From: the human T2T-CHM13v2.0 reference genome, Homo sapiens
Assembly (NCBI RefSeq): GCF_009914755.1
Contig: NC_060939.1
Length of the DNA stretch: 64,000 nucleotides
Reading direction: 5' to 3' (one strand)
Position numbers and translations under genes: made by a program. Positions 26,151 to 41,304 of this stretch are shown in pieces. Below the pieces are notes generated by a model. That model saw only the letters and a program-made list of their open reading frames with translations, had not been told where the DNA came from and searched no databases. The number at the start of each line of letters is the position of its first letter. The stretch's first letter is position 1.

Positions 26151-29100
26151 CGAAGAGGGAACTTGCGGCAGACGGACTGGAGGGTGGGTGAGTATCAAAT
26201 TGAATTTTGGCTTCATTTTATGTGTGTGGAATCAGGACTATTAAATGGAAGAAGAGACATAACAAACATCAACAGGCCTAGGACAATCCCGGGAACCATA
26301 GTTTAGCGATCTTTTCTAAGCGCCCTCTGAACTCTACTACATGAGGACTATTTGCTAATCCTGGGCTTAGAATTAAGAGTGTGTAGGAGTGTGTAGACTC
26401 CACTGTTCAATGGCAAAGTGGATATTGCCCCTTCTGACAGTGTTTCCTCTCTGAAAGTGTCTACAACCCAAAACATGCTTTGGCAGACAGTATGTAAGGG
26501 TTCCCATCTTAATTGAGAATGCTGTTGTTTATTTAAATAAGCAAATAAACTGGAGCATTTCCAGATTCCTCATATTCTTCAGACCATGAAAATGTACTCA
26601 GCATTGAGTTGAGGAAAGTGTCCTCAGCTTAAATAATAAATAGAATTACATTGGTTTTGCGTTTCATGTAAAAAACATCAACCTGACCTTAGCTGGGGTT
26701 CTTTTTTTCCCCTTACTTTTATATAATAAAAGTATATTTTTACTTTTATTTATTTTCTATTAGCTTGGGAATTCTGGTGACTCTGGCTGATGAACATCAA
26801 GTCAGAAAATCATTACTTTGGCCTGTACTGAAAAGTACTGTTATATCTATGGTGGCTACTTCTGGTCTCAAACTAATGCTTTATTTATTTAGCTGTTCAT
26901 TTTAAGAACATGAAAAGCATGTTTTAAAAACCCCAAAATTAGCCTTGGGAACAGATGAATAAATATGAAAACAATTTATCCTTTTAACAGCCTAATAAAA
27001 TATGTTTTCATTATGCTAACTGACCCTGATAAATTCAATAGCCGTCAGTTAAATATATCCATCATCCTTGAGAAGTATATCCAAATGTTTGCTCATTTTC
27101 TGATCCTCAGTGAGCCTTGGTTGGATGATGATCATTAATTGTGACATCTATAATGTAATACTTTGCTGGCTTTCATTTTTTTAAAAAAATGGTAAGATAT
27201 CTTTTCATTTCAAACAAGAAAAGCTTTGAAATTCTCCTTCAAGCCATTTTGAAAAAGCCAAATTTTGGTTTAAGCTCATTTGGTGTTTCCTTGCTCTGTT
27301 ATTTTAATCTTTCAACAGCCACTTTAATTCCCTTTTACTGTTACAGAACTAATGGCATCAGTTTTGTTTTCTAAGTAGGTAGCACCAGGTACTGACCGAC
27401 TTGCCTCTTACTTGGAAGGGACTGCAGTTGGGATTCTGGACCTTCATGATTAGTTGTGGCAACCGGATTTTTCTAAAGATGCCCAATGGATGGCCTAAGA
27501 CACAGGAGTTCAGTCTGCTCCCCCTTCTGTGTTTCAGGAGGGTAAATGAGGAAAAGAGGAACTCTGTAGGTCCGTGATAACCCAAGTGCCTCAGATTGCC
27601 TCTGGAAATGGGCACATCATCAGGACTCTAGGCAGAGCGAGCCCTCTGATACCCAGACCAGGGCAGCCACCCTCCCTCAGCCAAGCTGGCAGGCCTTGGG
27701 AACACGGGGCAGGGAGGCATCATGGGGGCATCCCCCACTTAGCAGATATTTACGAATACCTAAACATGACTGATAGGCAGACAACCCACGAGAGCCTACG
27801 GAGCCATTTCTGGTTCTTTCTTTGCTACCCTGTCACATGGTTTCATCTTCCGCCCCTCCCCCACAGGGCACTGCTGCTCCAATCTCTAAAGCCAGGAACA
27901 CGTGCTCTTGTTTGCACATCTGGCCTGGGCAAGCCTGGCTCCAATTTAAAACCTGCATGTTGGTCCAATTCCATTATTGGACAAGGAAATTCTGTTAACT
28001 GGTGGGCTCATTTGCATGTCATTACCCAGAATGCCTACCCCTCTCACAGATGTTTCCCAGACATGGGGTGGAGGAAGCTTGGGGGAAAGGTGACGCTTTG
28101 GAGACAAACAGAGAGAGTTGTGTATATGTTACTCAAAATTCTTTTCCCTCTGTGTTGTGTCAAGAAATAAAATGTAACATACAAAGTTATGAATTTTTAT
28201 CTAACTTCGAGAGAAGCTTTTCACCTGATTTTCAGAAAATTTAAACATGTTGAAACCAGAAAAACTCCCTACCAGGGAATGCTCTATTAATCCATTCTGA
28301 CAAAAGAGAGTTCCACAGACTTCCATACTGTCTTTCCAGCGTTTGCCATAGAACTTTCTTTTCCTTGAGTATCAGAACACCTTTTTTTCCTAATGATGTT
28401 AAACTGAGAAAAGTATGGAGAATCTTAGTGGAACTAAATTTTGATAAAAACCACAGTCTGTTTGGAAGGCTTGAAATTGAGTAAGTGGCAGTCACACCGT
28501 TGTGGTTCAAATCTGAACTCAGCCACAATGTAAACTTCTTTGGGAAGGTTTTTGCTATTGTTTTCTGAAAAATAACCAAAGGGGTCTGGGCAACAGCTGC
28601 AGAACTGGGCTCTGGGCAAACACACACAAATGACAACTTAGAACGTCCACAGTCGAAGATTTCAAGATTGATTTTATTTACTTGCATTTTACAAAAAAAA
28701 AAAAAAAAAGTGGGGGAGGAATGCTTCATTCACAACAGAGAGACTTAAAAAATAAAATAAAATAAAAACTATAATTGCTCTGGGGACTGAAGTTAAAACG
28801 CAGGTGTTTTGAGGGGAACATAAACATTTTTTCCTAAATGAGGCGTTGAGGGCTGGGAGAAGGGCAGTAAAATTAGTGGAATTACTGCCTGATTTTAACC
28901 AGATGATTGCTGCAGTTGGACACCAGCGAGTTTTCATTAGGGACTCTAATTTACAAGCCATTCAACACATTCCAGTGGAACACAACAACTCCCCCAGGTC
29001 CTAAAGAATGCCAGCTCTCCCATTTATGGCAGAGATGCTGAACCGCAAGGCTCTTAAAGGCCAGCATGACTACGGAATGGAGCCCAAGCTCTGTGAACTA

Positions 29101-30876
29101 GAGATGATCACATTGTCTCCCCAAATGAGATCGTCCCAGGGAACCAACTTCTGACACACACTTCACCCTCCGTTTATACACATATGGTCTCTCAGTGTTG
29201 TGCTAGCAGAAATGGTATGTCAGGAGATGTTTATGGGATGTTCAAGGAATGTTATTTGTTTGCACGTAACAGAGTGGCTTCCAATTTGCAGCTGTAACAT
29301 AATATCTAGCCTTGTTTGCTTCAACACTTATGATTGCTGGTTATGCAAGCACATTTGATAAATAATTTTTCAATTTTACACAGGATTTGCATTCCTGTTT
29401 GGAGTCAGGATTTCCATGGTCTACACCTCATGTGTTGCATGTAGACGTTCAAGGTATTTTTATTGTGATATGTCAGCACACAGAATTGGAAGGCATGTCA
29501 CAAGGTCAGGAGTTCGAGTTCTGTTGATAGTCTCAGACCTCTTCCAACTTCAACAAGGTCAACAAGGTGAGAAATTGTATGTAATCATCCCAAATCAAGC
29601 TCATTTCCTAAGGATTAAAACATGTGTCTCAGTGGAACATCAAGAACATCATTATGTACCCTAGAAAACAGACCAGGCAGGCCTAGAGCAGTTTAGATCT
29701 AGAATACACAGGAATAGAAGTCTGGCATTTATAAAGCATTAGAAGTACCAATCTGCACAAAATTAACACAACGATAACTGGAGGAGTTGACAGAAGTCAC
29801 ACAGGTAAATAATGTGGAGTCACAAAATCTCTACAACTATACAAAGTGGGCTCCATTTTGCTGGGCTGTGATCTAGTTGCTAAGCACTGGTTAGACATGG
29901 CATGACATTAGGAAAAGTTGCCACCGTCCATTTATGAAGTCATATTTTGCATGTGGTATCTAAAAAAAAATTAGCCCCTTTGGTGTCCTGCAGATATTAT
30001 GCAAATGTATTCTATCTTTTCGTGATGACTGGTGGAAGGTGATAAATTCTGTGATCTAGAGAACAATTGATGCTTATGTTTGTTTAGATTTTAGCTGCAC
30101 GGGATTCTACATTGCAGTTGAAAATTAATTAAAGGCTGTTTTCCACACCCACCAAATAATTCTTTGGTAATTGGCCAAAAACCATAGTAAACAACCAATT
30201 GAGAATCTTTCTGGGGTACCAAAACCTCAGAGCCTTATTTTTTAAAACCTTTATATGGCTATCCAGTTTCCAAAAGAAATTAAAATGTAATAAATAGCTA
30301 GATAGGCCATTTAAAAATAGTCACTTTCTATAATTCATGGCTGAGAATGATTTGTTTTTTGTTTTATGTGATGTTGGGGTGAAAGAGGAAGTTAAAGTTT
30401 TCCATTTTTTGGTTTCTCCCATTCTGTACTGAAGCCAAATAGTTTCTTTTCTAATCACATAAAAGTAATCATTCACTATCTTTTATAAATTTTTCTAAAC
30501 CTGACTTCTAACTCATAGGCAAAGAATTAGTCTATTGTGATTTTCATATTTCCTCATAAAATTATTGATGAATTTTAGTGAAAAATATAAATTTTAGAAA
30601 GTGAATTTTGGGACTATCATTCACCTGCTACAGATGACAAATACCATTAACTTAAGAAAATTATCAGATGTCCACTAAACTCTGAAAACAATTGAATGGT
30701 CTGGCAGCTGAAGTTATTTTTAGGCACGAAGAAAAGTCCTAGGATAGTCTATGGGATAGTTTTTAATCATATTTCTAGAAAGATATTTAAAATACTTGCT
30801 AAGACTTTATCCCTTATGGTTTTCACTGATGCATCTTTGCATTTTGTTCAGCTAAAATTTAAATCCGTGAAGATCA

Positions 30877-31218
<342 letters not shown>

Positions 31219-31959
31219 TCAAGAGCTTTTAAACAATAGTTATTATTTTATTTGTCATTTTAACAATTGCATTTTTGGATTAGTCAACCAGGCTTTTAAG
31301 AAGTCTGTAATTTTACATTTCAATATAACTATATTAAAAGTTGTCCAGGCAGTGACTTCTACCACTTTGGTATTTATGTTGCTAGATTTGGAAACTGTTG
31401 CTTTCATAGAATATATGCTGTTCTGTAAATGTTTTTCTTCTTTTAACAATATATTAAAAGCACTTCCTTGTGAAAGATTCTGAACCAAGATTGCTAATAG
31501 CTTTAAAGCTATTTCATTATATATATAAATCCCATGATATCCTGTTGAACTTTGGTTTTGGATTTTCACTATTATAGAAATAATACTTGTCACTTGCCAT
31601 GTCATGGGAAAAATACATTGTAACAGATATTTTACATTTAGTCTTTGTTTATACTTCCGATTATTTCCTCAAGGTAATAACAAAATTTAAATTTTTAGAT
31701 AAAGTGTATGCACTTGGTTAAGCCTTTTGATTTGTATCAACAAATTGTCCTCCAGAAGTGTTGTGCTACACCAATTTTCATACCCATCAATAATGTCTAG
31801 AGGGTTTTGGCCCATTTAGGGCTTTTTAAAATCTTAATATTTAAAAAGAATTCTACAAACACTTCAGAAATATGTTCTCAACAGAACAGGCTATCAATTC
31901 AGTTTGATCAATAGTTATTTATTATGTACTTACTTTTGGTAGATTCTGTGTTGTTCATT

Positions 31960-32130
31960 TATGTCACACAGCATCATCCAATACAATGCTTACAGGAATC
32001 CCATGAGACATGCTCTGTCCTCACCCTCATGTTATAAGAAGTGAGAGGGCAAGTAACCTGATCAAAGTCACACATCTCGCATGTAACAAGGCCTGACCTT
32101 GAACCATAGTCAGTTTTACATCAACATGCA
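31960..32130 (-). mobile_element. MIR
   Basis: aagtgagagggcaagtaacctgatcaaagtcacacatct...ttgaacc. Confidence 0.55.
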
Positions 32131-34554
32131 GGCATTTAATTAGTACTAAACTTCCTGCTTCTATCTTGCACTGTTAACTATCCATTAACCTAACACCAAA
32201 CATTTTGCTCTACCACGCTCTTCGGCTTTTCCATGAATAGGCTCATAACCCAGGATAGAGATGCTCTTCCTGAAAAGAATGTCAAAAAACTAATCTCCTC
32301 AATCTCTAGATTCATGTTTTCACACCCTTAAAATTTTCGCTTCGGCCAGGGCCTCTACTAGATCCGCATTCTGTTCACACCTATAAGGACCTGCTGAGCA
32401 CACATATCCACGGGAGAAACAAACACACCAAAGAGGCTTCTGCCAACAGCACTCTCCAGGCTGCTGAAAGAAAAACACACCACCAGAGGCAAAGGAATGT
32501 TTAGCCCCAACTGTAAAATGGAACTTTCCTTTTCTCTCCCATTTTCAAAGTTGTTAGCCCTGTGTCATGGTTGATATTTCAACTGTATCCAAATGTATGT
32601 GCAGCCAGATGGACTATGAGATTATTACGATTTGATTTTCAGATAAACCACAAACCTGGATGAGTTCATGTTATTCCAGATGCATTATCTCCTAATCTTC
32701 AGGAAGAGGCTCCTTCAGCGGGAAGGAGCATGGCAGGATCTTCCCTGAAAAAACAGAAATAGCCGTGTCTAATCCCTGCTCTGCCTGGAAAGGAAAAGGC
32801 TCACCTACTTCCCATGTCAAGGCAAGAATCAGAATTCCTCTCAAATTCTTAAAACATTGCAAAGTAAAGACAGATACTAACTCTAAATATGATTCATGCT
32901 CAAGTTATTAAAAATGGAATACATTGTACCAGAAGGAAAATGGTAAACAATTTTAAATTCCAAAGGCAAGGGAATGTTTTTGGTTTAATAACCAGAGTAT
33001 GGCTTCAACAGGAGCTTATGTAGTATACACACCATAATTAAATCTAATTCAATCACCTGAGTAATCAAGTGGTTAAGCGAATAAACTAAGTAATCAATCG
33101 TAAAAGTGATTTGCTGTTTAGAAGAAAGAAGTTGTAATATGTGTGCCAATATTTTTAAAGAATAAGGAATCTCAGGTCTTCAACTCTGTCAACAATTATT
33201 AGCATTGTTTTGTTTCAGTCTTCTTATTTACAGAGTAAAAAGACCATTCATTCATTCAACAAGTATTTATGGAAAGCAGCATTTTCTGAACATGATTCCT
33301 GCACTCAAGGTGTTTTACAATCATGTGGCCTGCCACTTTATTGAAGATGTTTTAGGGAAAACAATTAACTTTTGACAAAGTTCAGAATTATTCAAACATA
33401 ACATAAATGGCCAATGAATCTTTTCAGAGAAAGCATAGTCTAGTGGATAAATATTTACACTAGTCTGCCCCTGAGTCTTACAATTTTTCTATGTCCATTT
33501 TTCCTCACTCTGTAATGGTGGGCAGACAGAAGGTGGGGCTAGCTGACCTTCAAATTCCCTTCCAATTTTTATGAAATACAATTTTTAGTATTAAGTGAGT
33601 AATCACATTGTGCAAGGTGCTTACCTGGATATAGCTCAGTTCTTTTTCTGATTGCAAGAACAGAGCAAGATGGAACCATGAACTGCTAAACGACCCATGG
33701 CAATTTTTAAAGGATTCCTCAAGCAGATGGTTCTCTGGTAGTTCTTACAGCAGGAAAAGCCCCCTACAGTTCACAAAAGAGTCAAGTTGCACTCTTCCAA
33801 ACTGTCCTGATTTTGCCGATTTGCACAATCTAATAAAATCTTTCCATCATATTTCTCTTTTCCATTTGTGGACCACTACTCAGTGAGTACATTTATTATG
33901 TGTGGCTAATAATTTACTTTTTTGTTCTTTTTTGTTGTAAAAGCGTCATATTAACTACCTTTTGAGCGCATGAAAATGCATATTCGAAACATTGCTGAGT
34001 TCAGATTGATTGAATTTGACTGTGACCTTAGTGAGCCATTCATTTATTCAACAAGGTTTGATTGAACATTTACCATCCTATCACTTCAGCCCACACATTG
34101 GACAACCAATCAGAGTTATCACACTTCTTAGGGCATAAAACAGATACATATTCATTAAGTTACATATTCCCAGTCCAAATTAGCTTGACCCAATTCAAGT
34201 CTTCCTTCAGATTTTTAGAGTTCTTGCCAAATCGTTTTCCTATTCCCATTTTCTCTTCACTTCCCATTGCTCTCTTGTCCTCAATTTCTTTTGTGTTCAT
34301 TCTCTCTCTTCTTCTTGTTTTCAGTTTCTGTCTTCTCTTTCACAAAGTTTTCTCACTTAGCTATAATGTATGTTTAATAATACACTATTTCATTATTGTG
34401 TTACTCAAAATCCTCAAGCCACTTTATCTCAAGATGCAAATACCTAGACCTCAGGTTCAAAGCTAATAATCTAAGACAATTCAAATGTCGAATCACATTT
34501 CAAAATATTTTCTTCCTGTTCAGCCATACAAGTCTCCTTGTTGTCCCCTGAATA

Positions 34555-35390
34555 CACTAAGTTCTCACTTAACGTCAGTAGTAGGCTCTTGGAAACTGCA
34601 ACTTTAAGCAAAACAACATAACAAAACCAATTTTACCACAGGCTAATCGATAGAAAAAAGAGTTTAGTTTCTATGGTATATTTCTAGTCACAAAAACATC
34701 ACAGAACTTCTAAATAAAGACTCAAAACATTTCCAATATTAAACATTGAAATGAATGTGAGCTACACATACATTTAAGAATGAGTAATAAAAACAAGTAT
34801 GATAATTATTTACCCAATTTTTGGTGAATCAGTAAATGACAATGGCTGTAGTGGTGGTGGTTAAAACAAGGAATAAATGTTCGTAAAGTGCAAATTGAAA
34901 GGGGCATGTCCCTGCATCAAGCAGTTCCAGAACAGTCACAAATATGATGAGTCCCGTTAGCACTTTCTTACCACATTGCTTATTGTCATGGATCTCTATG
35001 ATTATTGCAGGTGAATGTATTTACTCACTAATTCACTTTCCAACCAAGTTATTCTAGTTCAGGGTCTTGGATGGCCAGAGCCTATCCCCCACAGCTTAGG
35101 GTACAAGGCAAAAACTGACCCTAGATAGGATGTCATTCCATCACAGGGCGCACTCACCCACACACCCACAGTCACTCACACTGGGCCCATGTAGACACAC
35201 CAGTCAACCTAGTGGGCACAGCTTTGAGATGTGAGAGGAAACCAGAGTACCTGGAGAAAACCCACGCAGACCTGGGGAAAACATGCAGATTCCAGAGAGA
35301 TGGTGGCCCCAGGCAAGTATTGATTTTTTTTCTCATCAACATTTTAACAAAATACTGTTAAAGGAACAGACATTATTTGAGGACCTGCTG
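34555..35390 (-). mobile_element. MER6 (TcMar-Tigger DNA transposon), full length
   Basis: termini cactaagttctcacttaacgtc and gacattatttgaggacctgctg, TA on both flanks, internal gaggaaaccagagtacctggagaaaacccacgcagac block. Confidence 0.88.
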
Positions 35391-35532
35391 TATGTTGTGT
35401 AGAATCCCACCTCCATAACTTCATTCACAATAGTCTCCTCGCCCAACATACCATCTTTCTTATCTATGCCATTCTTCGAAACTTGACAAACTTCTAAACT
35501 GAAATAGCAAAGCTGATCACCTGAGTCCAGGA

Positions 35533-35844
35533 GAGACCAAGCTGCCCTCCATATTCCCATGACATTTTTTTTTGTCTTGTTCATGGCATACTAGATTGTA
35601 CACTTTCTTGAATTTTTGCCTTTTAATATGTTTTGTTATTTCAACCAACACAGTGTATCTTTCCCAAGTCATGCATCTAGCAATTGGTGAGACCAAGCTG
35701 TCCTCCTTATTCCCATAACATTTTTTTTTGTTTCGTTCATGGGATACCAGATTGTATACTTTCTTGAATTTTTGCCTTTTAATATGTTTTATTATTTCAA
35801 CCAACATAGTGTATCTTTCCCAAGGCCATGCATCTAGTTACTGG
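35533..35844. repeat. 156-bp tandem duplication (2 copies)
   Basis: units begin gagaccaagctg at 35533 and 35689; about 90% identical. Confidence 0.95.
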
Positions 35845-36374
35845 CATTCCAGGATTCAAATAGTTATTAGGCTGGTTGCAAAGTACAATTTTCCCACTTA
35901 TGAAAAAAACAAATGAAAGAAAAATCATCAGTATTTAAAGACTAATTTAAATGGGTAGAAAGAGAGATATGAGCACCACTAACAGAAAATAGGAAAGACT
36001 TTTTATTAGTCTTGGGGTCAAGCTCATTGTTAGAACTGATGTGCATGAGAGGAGAACCTACAAGCAGACATATCAATTGGGAATTTGGAAATTTCTGATC
36101 AGAGCTCAGGAATAATAACAGGCCCAGATATTTAAATTTGGAAGTCATAATAATAAAAAATATGAGATTTTAATTTTGGAAGTGGGCCTGGGAAGTAACC
36201 ATCCAACTGCTTTATTTTCTAGATTATACACATATCTATATAGAGGTCACATGTGAAAGATCAGATACGGTCATTGAGAAAGCTAGGAAGGGCAAAGGAC
36301 TTTGCTTTTTAAGAAAATCCATAATTTGAGAGCAAAAGGAAGATAAAGAACCAGGGGAAAGAAAAGAAAAAGCC

Positions 36375-36714
<340 letters not shown>

Positions 36715-37098
36715 TCATAACAACAGTAATATTTGCTGATTTTAATATAGATTTTGTCATCTTTGACTCCTATTTCCAAACCCCAAGCATTGCATATCGA
36801 CAGGTACAAGGTCATCACCACTATATAGCACTACAGGTTTCCGAGGCATGACACAAAAGACATTTAGGCAGTGACTGATGAGGATTTCTTCAACAATCTT
36901 TTAAAAACCAAGAGTGATTTAGTAAATAAAATTTATTAATTAATGTTAATTAACACTAATGTATATATTGATTAATTTTACGGATTACAAAAAGACAGAC
37001 ATTAGAGTTTTGGCAATAAAAATAAAATAAAAGCCTCTTCCACCTTGAAACTTTTTGATGCCATTTTTAGTACTCAACTGCCTTTTAAGAAACATTCT

Positions 37099-37576
<478 letters not shown>

Positions 37577-37689
37577 CTAAAAATCAATGGGTCCAGTTGC
37601 ATCCTACATAAACTTGAGTTGTTACCTGAATGCTCAGCCATACCTTTCTCTGAGGCAGCCTTCTGTGGCACCCACAGTAACTAAAGAAT

Positions 37690-38163
37690 GTGCTATAGCA
37701 TGACTTCTAGTTATCTAACCAATATTTATTTCCCTCTTCTTCCTTACTATAAGATCCATGAATTTGTTTCTGGTATTCATGTTCCCAGTTCAAGAGACAA
37801 CACTTCTCAGCCTTTCTTACACAAAGAGGTAGCCATGGTACCAAGTTCTTGACAAAATAAAAAACATAAACTGTAGAGTAGGGCTTGGTGGTGGCATCTA
37901 ACCCAACAGGTGTGCACCTGTTTTCATTTCTTGCTTTCCCGTCCTTCTGCCTGTAATGCAGACATGATGGCTGCCACTGCAGTAACTCCTTTTGAACCAT
38001 GAGCTTATCCTGCTCTAAAGATTTGGAGCAAAAGACAGAGTTGGGTTCCTCTTGATTTCATGCAAGCACCATTTTGGGTGGGAAAAAAATATATCAAATC
38101 ATTTAAATCACTTAGTTGTTAAAGTCTCTGTTACTTGAAGCCAAGCACAAATCCTAAGTGACA
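37690..38163 (+). mobile_element. MLT1J/K-like MaLR LTR
   Basis: ttctgcctgtaatgcagacatgatggctg..ttttgaaccatgag..ctgttacttgaagccaagcacaaatcctaagtgaca. Confidence 0.7.
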
Positions 38164-41004
38164 CAGCTAATACATGTGTATGCCTGTGTGTGTGATACCA
38201 CATGTGAATGTATGTCTGCATATGTGTATGTATCTATGCGTAGGTGGATAGGTAATAAACAGATAGGTAGCTATAGAGATGGAGTCTTCAAAGTCTATTG
38301 TGTCCCTCTAAGTAGTTCATATTTGTTAAAAAAAAAAAAAACAACAAAACCATAGACACCATTGTGAAATCTTCCAAAATCTGTGTAGTGCCACTCTTTA
38401 TTTATCTAATTAATTAATCAATTAATAGAAACACCGCAACTGCTAGGGGCCTTAGCAGTTTTATTTTTCTTTAAACCAGCATTGACAAAATATGATCCAT
38501 TGATTACTAGTCTTGCTGAAATTTCCCCAAACACTAAATGAATTCACTAGGATTTGAGGTTTATGGTGTGTATGAATCTCTTGGAGAGAATCTGCACTGG
38601 AGAAACTTGTTTAACTTTGTCTTCTCCTAACTTACCTGATTATAAACCAACTTTCTCACAAGTGAAACCCCAAACTTCCCACAAAGCAAGTTATCAGCAA
38701 AATGTTTGGGAGACGTGATTAGATCTCTTTTAATATCCGACAGGAAAGCACACAGTATTTACTAAGTAATTGTGTTCTGGAAGTTTCTCCACAGAAGCCA
38801 AAGGAGATGAGACATTCAGGGAGGAAGGGTCTTTTTGGTGACCACATTGTCAAAATCCTCCTCATGTAGCTCAAGGAATGTAGAGGTTGAGAAAACACCA
38901 CTGGTGCTGCGAATTCTGTGTTTGATGTTACTGTGGCCTCTAGCCTAAGTTCAAGCTCATTTGAGCCCCAAATATCCTTTGGCTGGTCTCCCTGGCCAAA
39001 AAAAAAAAAATTCTAGTGTCTTCTTTGGGAAAGGATGAAGAAATTTTAATAATTTGCATTTTGGGTCATCTTGTCTGCAAGTTTTCTGCACAGATGAGCA
39101 ACTAAAAAGTGGCTGAGGAGTTTCTCTGTCTTTCAGATGCCCCGGTTTGTACTTGGAGTGCTAGTTAACCTCAGCAAAAAGTTATTGTCAGCAATAAATA
39201 TTTACTTTTCAAAAATATCCTGAGGAGACTGGAAACAATACGGGCAAATCTCTCTGGTACTGTTTTTTCATTTAGAGATGACAAAAAGTCTAGGGAAAAA
39301 GTGACAGTTTTAAGGGCATTAAAAATATCTAATGCTTTAGGTTTGAAATTGGCAGTGAGCCAGGCCCTGTCTTAAAGGGAGAGGCACTTTATTATACTTT
39401 CTAATTCTTCCAAAGTCTGTCTTTAGGATATATGAGCTGCCTCTAATATGACTACTCTATTCTCATCCTCTAGTGGTATACTCTGGTCTCAGCTCATAAA
39501 TTGAAAATTGAGGATCTGTAAATCAGGGCAGACTATTTCAGAGAGCCATTGTGAATTTCCAGTCAAATCTTCCAGTTTATCTTAAATATTTCATCTTAAT
39601 GTCACCTTAAGAAAAATCTTTCATTCAAGTAAGTTACAACATCGAGTTCTAAACTGATTACACTTCTCCACTGACCTTCTGCTAGGAGACTGCTTTTTGT
39701 CATTAATGTCATTTTTGCTGACCTATTGTGGGACTAAAGGGAGATTTTTTTGTTTCCAAAAACACAAATTGACTAAAACCACATAAAGAATAGGAACTCA
39801 AATGTCAAAAGTGTACTAGCTGCTTTGTAGAAAGAAGCAATTGAAAAGATTGCTTTCTGTTCATTATTTGCTATTTATATTTTTATTGCCATTTTTTTTT
39901 TAAATGACTGGGCTAATAGTCACAGTATACTGTGGTCTGAGGTGATTGACTTGGTTTACACACTAAAGCATCTATTTCGAATTAGTTGCCAAACATCTGT
40001 TGTAAAAATTAAGTTTATACCTTCTAAGTATATTCATAAATACATGAAATTCTGCCAAGTCTGATTGCCCTTGGATGGCTTTTAAAAAATTGCTTTGCTC
40101 ATTTTTCCTTCTTTGGAACCACTGTTCAGCAGGTTAAATGGAGTTGAGGAAATTTTCATGTCTATTTGTTTATACAGGAATCAACATATTCCACCCTTAA
40201 CTCACCCACTAACAAGTCTGATGTTGAATTTTCTTGTCATTTGATCTAGCATTTAATAACCTGTCAGCTGAAAGGGCTTTAAATAAACATTTTCATATAA
40301 TATTTAATGCAATTCAAGGGTATGTGCCCTGAGGCTAAAGATGAACAGACAAGGGTAACAAGCCCTCCTCCTTGGTAATACATGTGCATTTCTACACATC
40401 CTAATCCTTTAGTCCTTGAGACTTACAGGCAACAGCCTTGGATCCACAAGAATCCAAAAATACATAAGGTAGTAATATACTTTATGATTCCACTTCCTGT
40501 ACTAGAGCCTCTTAATTGCTGCTCTCCACTCTCTAGTCACCTCCCACCTACAATAAACAGAGAAGCTAGCAGTAAGGCTATTCTATTTTTGCCAAAATAC
40601 CTTGACATTAAACTTTGAAAGTTGTCAGGTAGCCAGTTTTCCCAGAAGCAACAATCTCACGTGGGTCAAGGTTGGAGCGGTGGATTAACTAATTAGTCCA
40701 CACCAGGCCTGAGGACAGAAGGGCAGCTTGAGAGCAGCATCAAGTCATGAAATCCCAAAGGACTGAGCTGAGTGGTACCATTCATGAGTGAATTGGTCCA
40801 GTATAAGATAATAAAGAAGAGGGCAGACTAATGCAAAATTGGAATGCTCATACTCCCACCTCCTAAATGCATTTAGTTCCAAAGTTTAAAATTACTGTAC
40901 CAACCAAATAAAAGAAAACAGAAGAGAGAATTTGGTTTGCCAGTCTATGAACCTGGTCTTCACAATGCACATGTATTAGACCAAAGACTATAAAATGATA
41001 GCTG

Positions 41005-41304
41005 GGCCGGGTGCAGTGGCTCATGCCTGTAATCCCAGCACTTTGGGAGGCCGGAGCAGGTGGATCATGAGGTCAGGAGATAAGAGATCATCCTGGCTAA
41101 CACAGTGAAACCTGGGCTCTACTAAAAAATACAAAAAATCAGCCAGGCATGGTGGCAGGCACCTGTAGTCCCAGCTACTTGGGAGGCTGAGGCGGGAGAA
41201 TGGCATCAACCTGAGAGGCGGAGGTTACAGTGAGCCCAGATCACGCCACTGCACTGGAGCCTGGTGACAGAGCGAGACTCCGTCTCAAAATAATAATAAT
41301 AAAA
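41005..41304 (+). mobile_element. AluY/Sc8-like
   Basis: atcctggctaacacagtg, gaatggcatcaacc; TSD taaaatgatagc. Confidence 0.93.

Noticed and set aside
27574-28170. Longest ORF (198 aa)
   Set aside because: GTG start and no recognisable domain; its length is compatible with chance in a locally GC-richer stretch.
28241-28729. 162-aa minus-strand ORF
   Set aside because: Starts across a homopolymer tract and has no recognisable homology.
29498-29520. Alu-like ~20-mer (acaaggtcaggagttcgag); another near 47563
   Set aside because: Too short, with no flanking Alu homology.
35533-35844. Repeats considered as a CRISPR-like or prokaryotic array
   Set aside because: Only two units, no spacers, and the context is primate genomic DNA.
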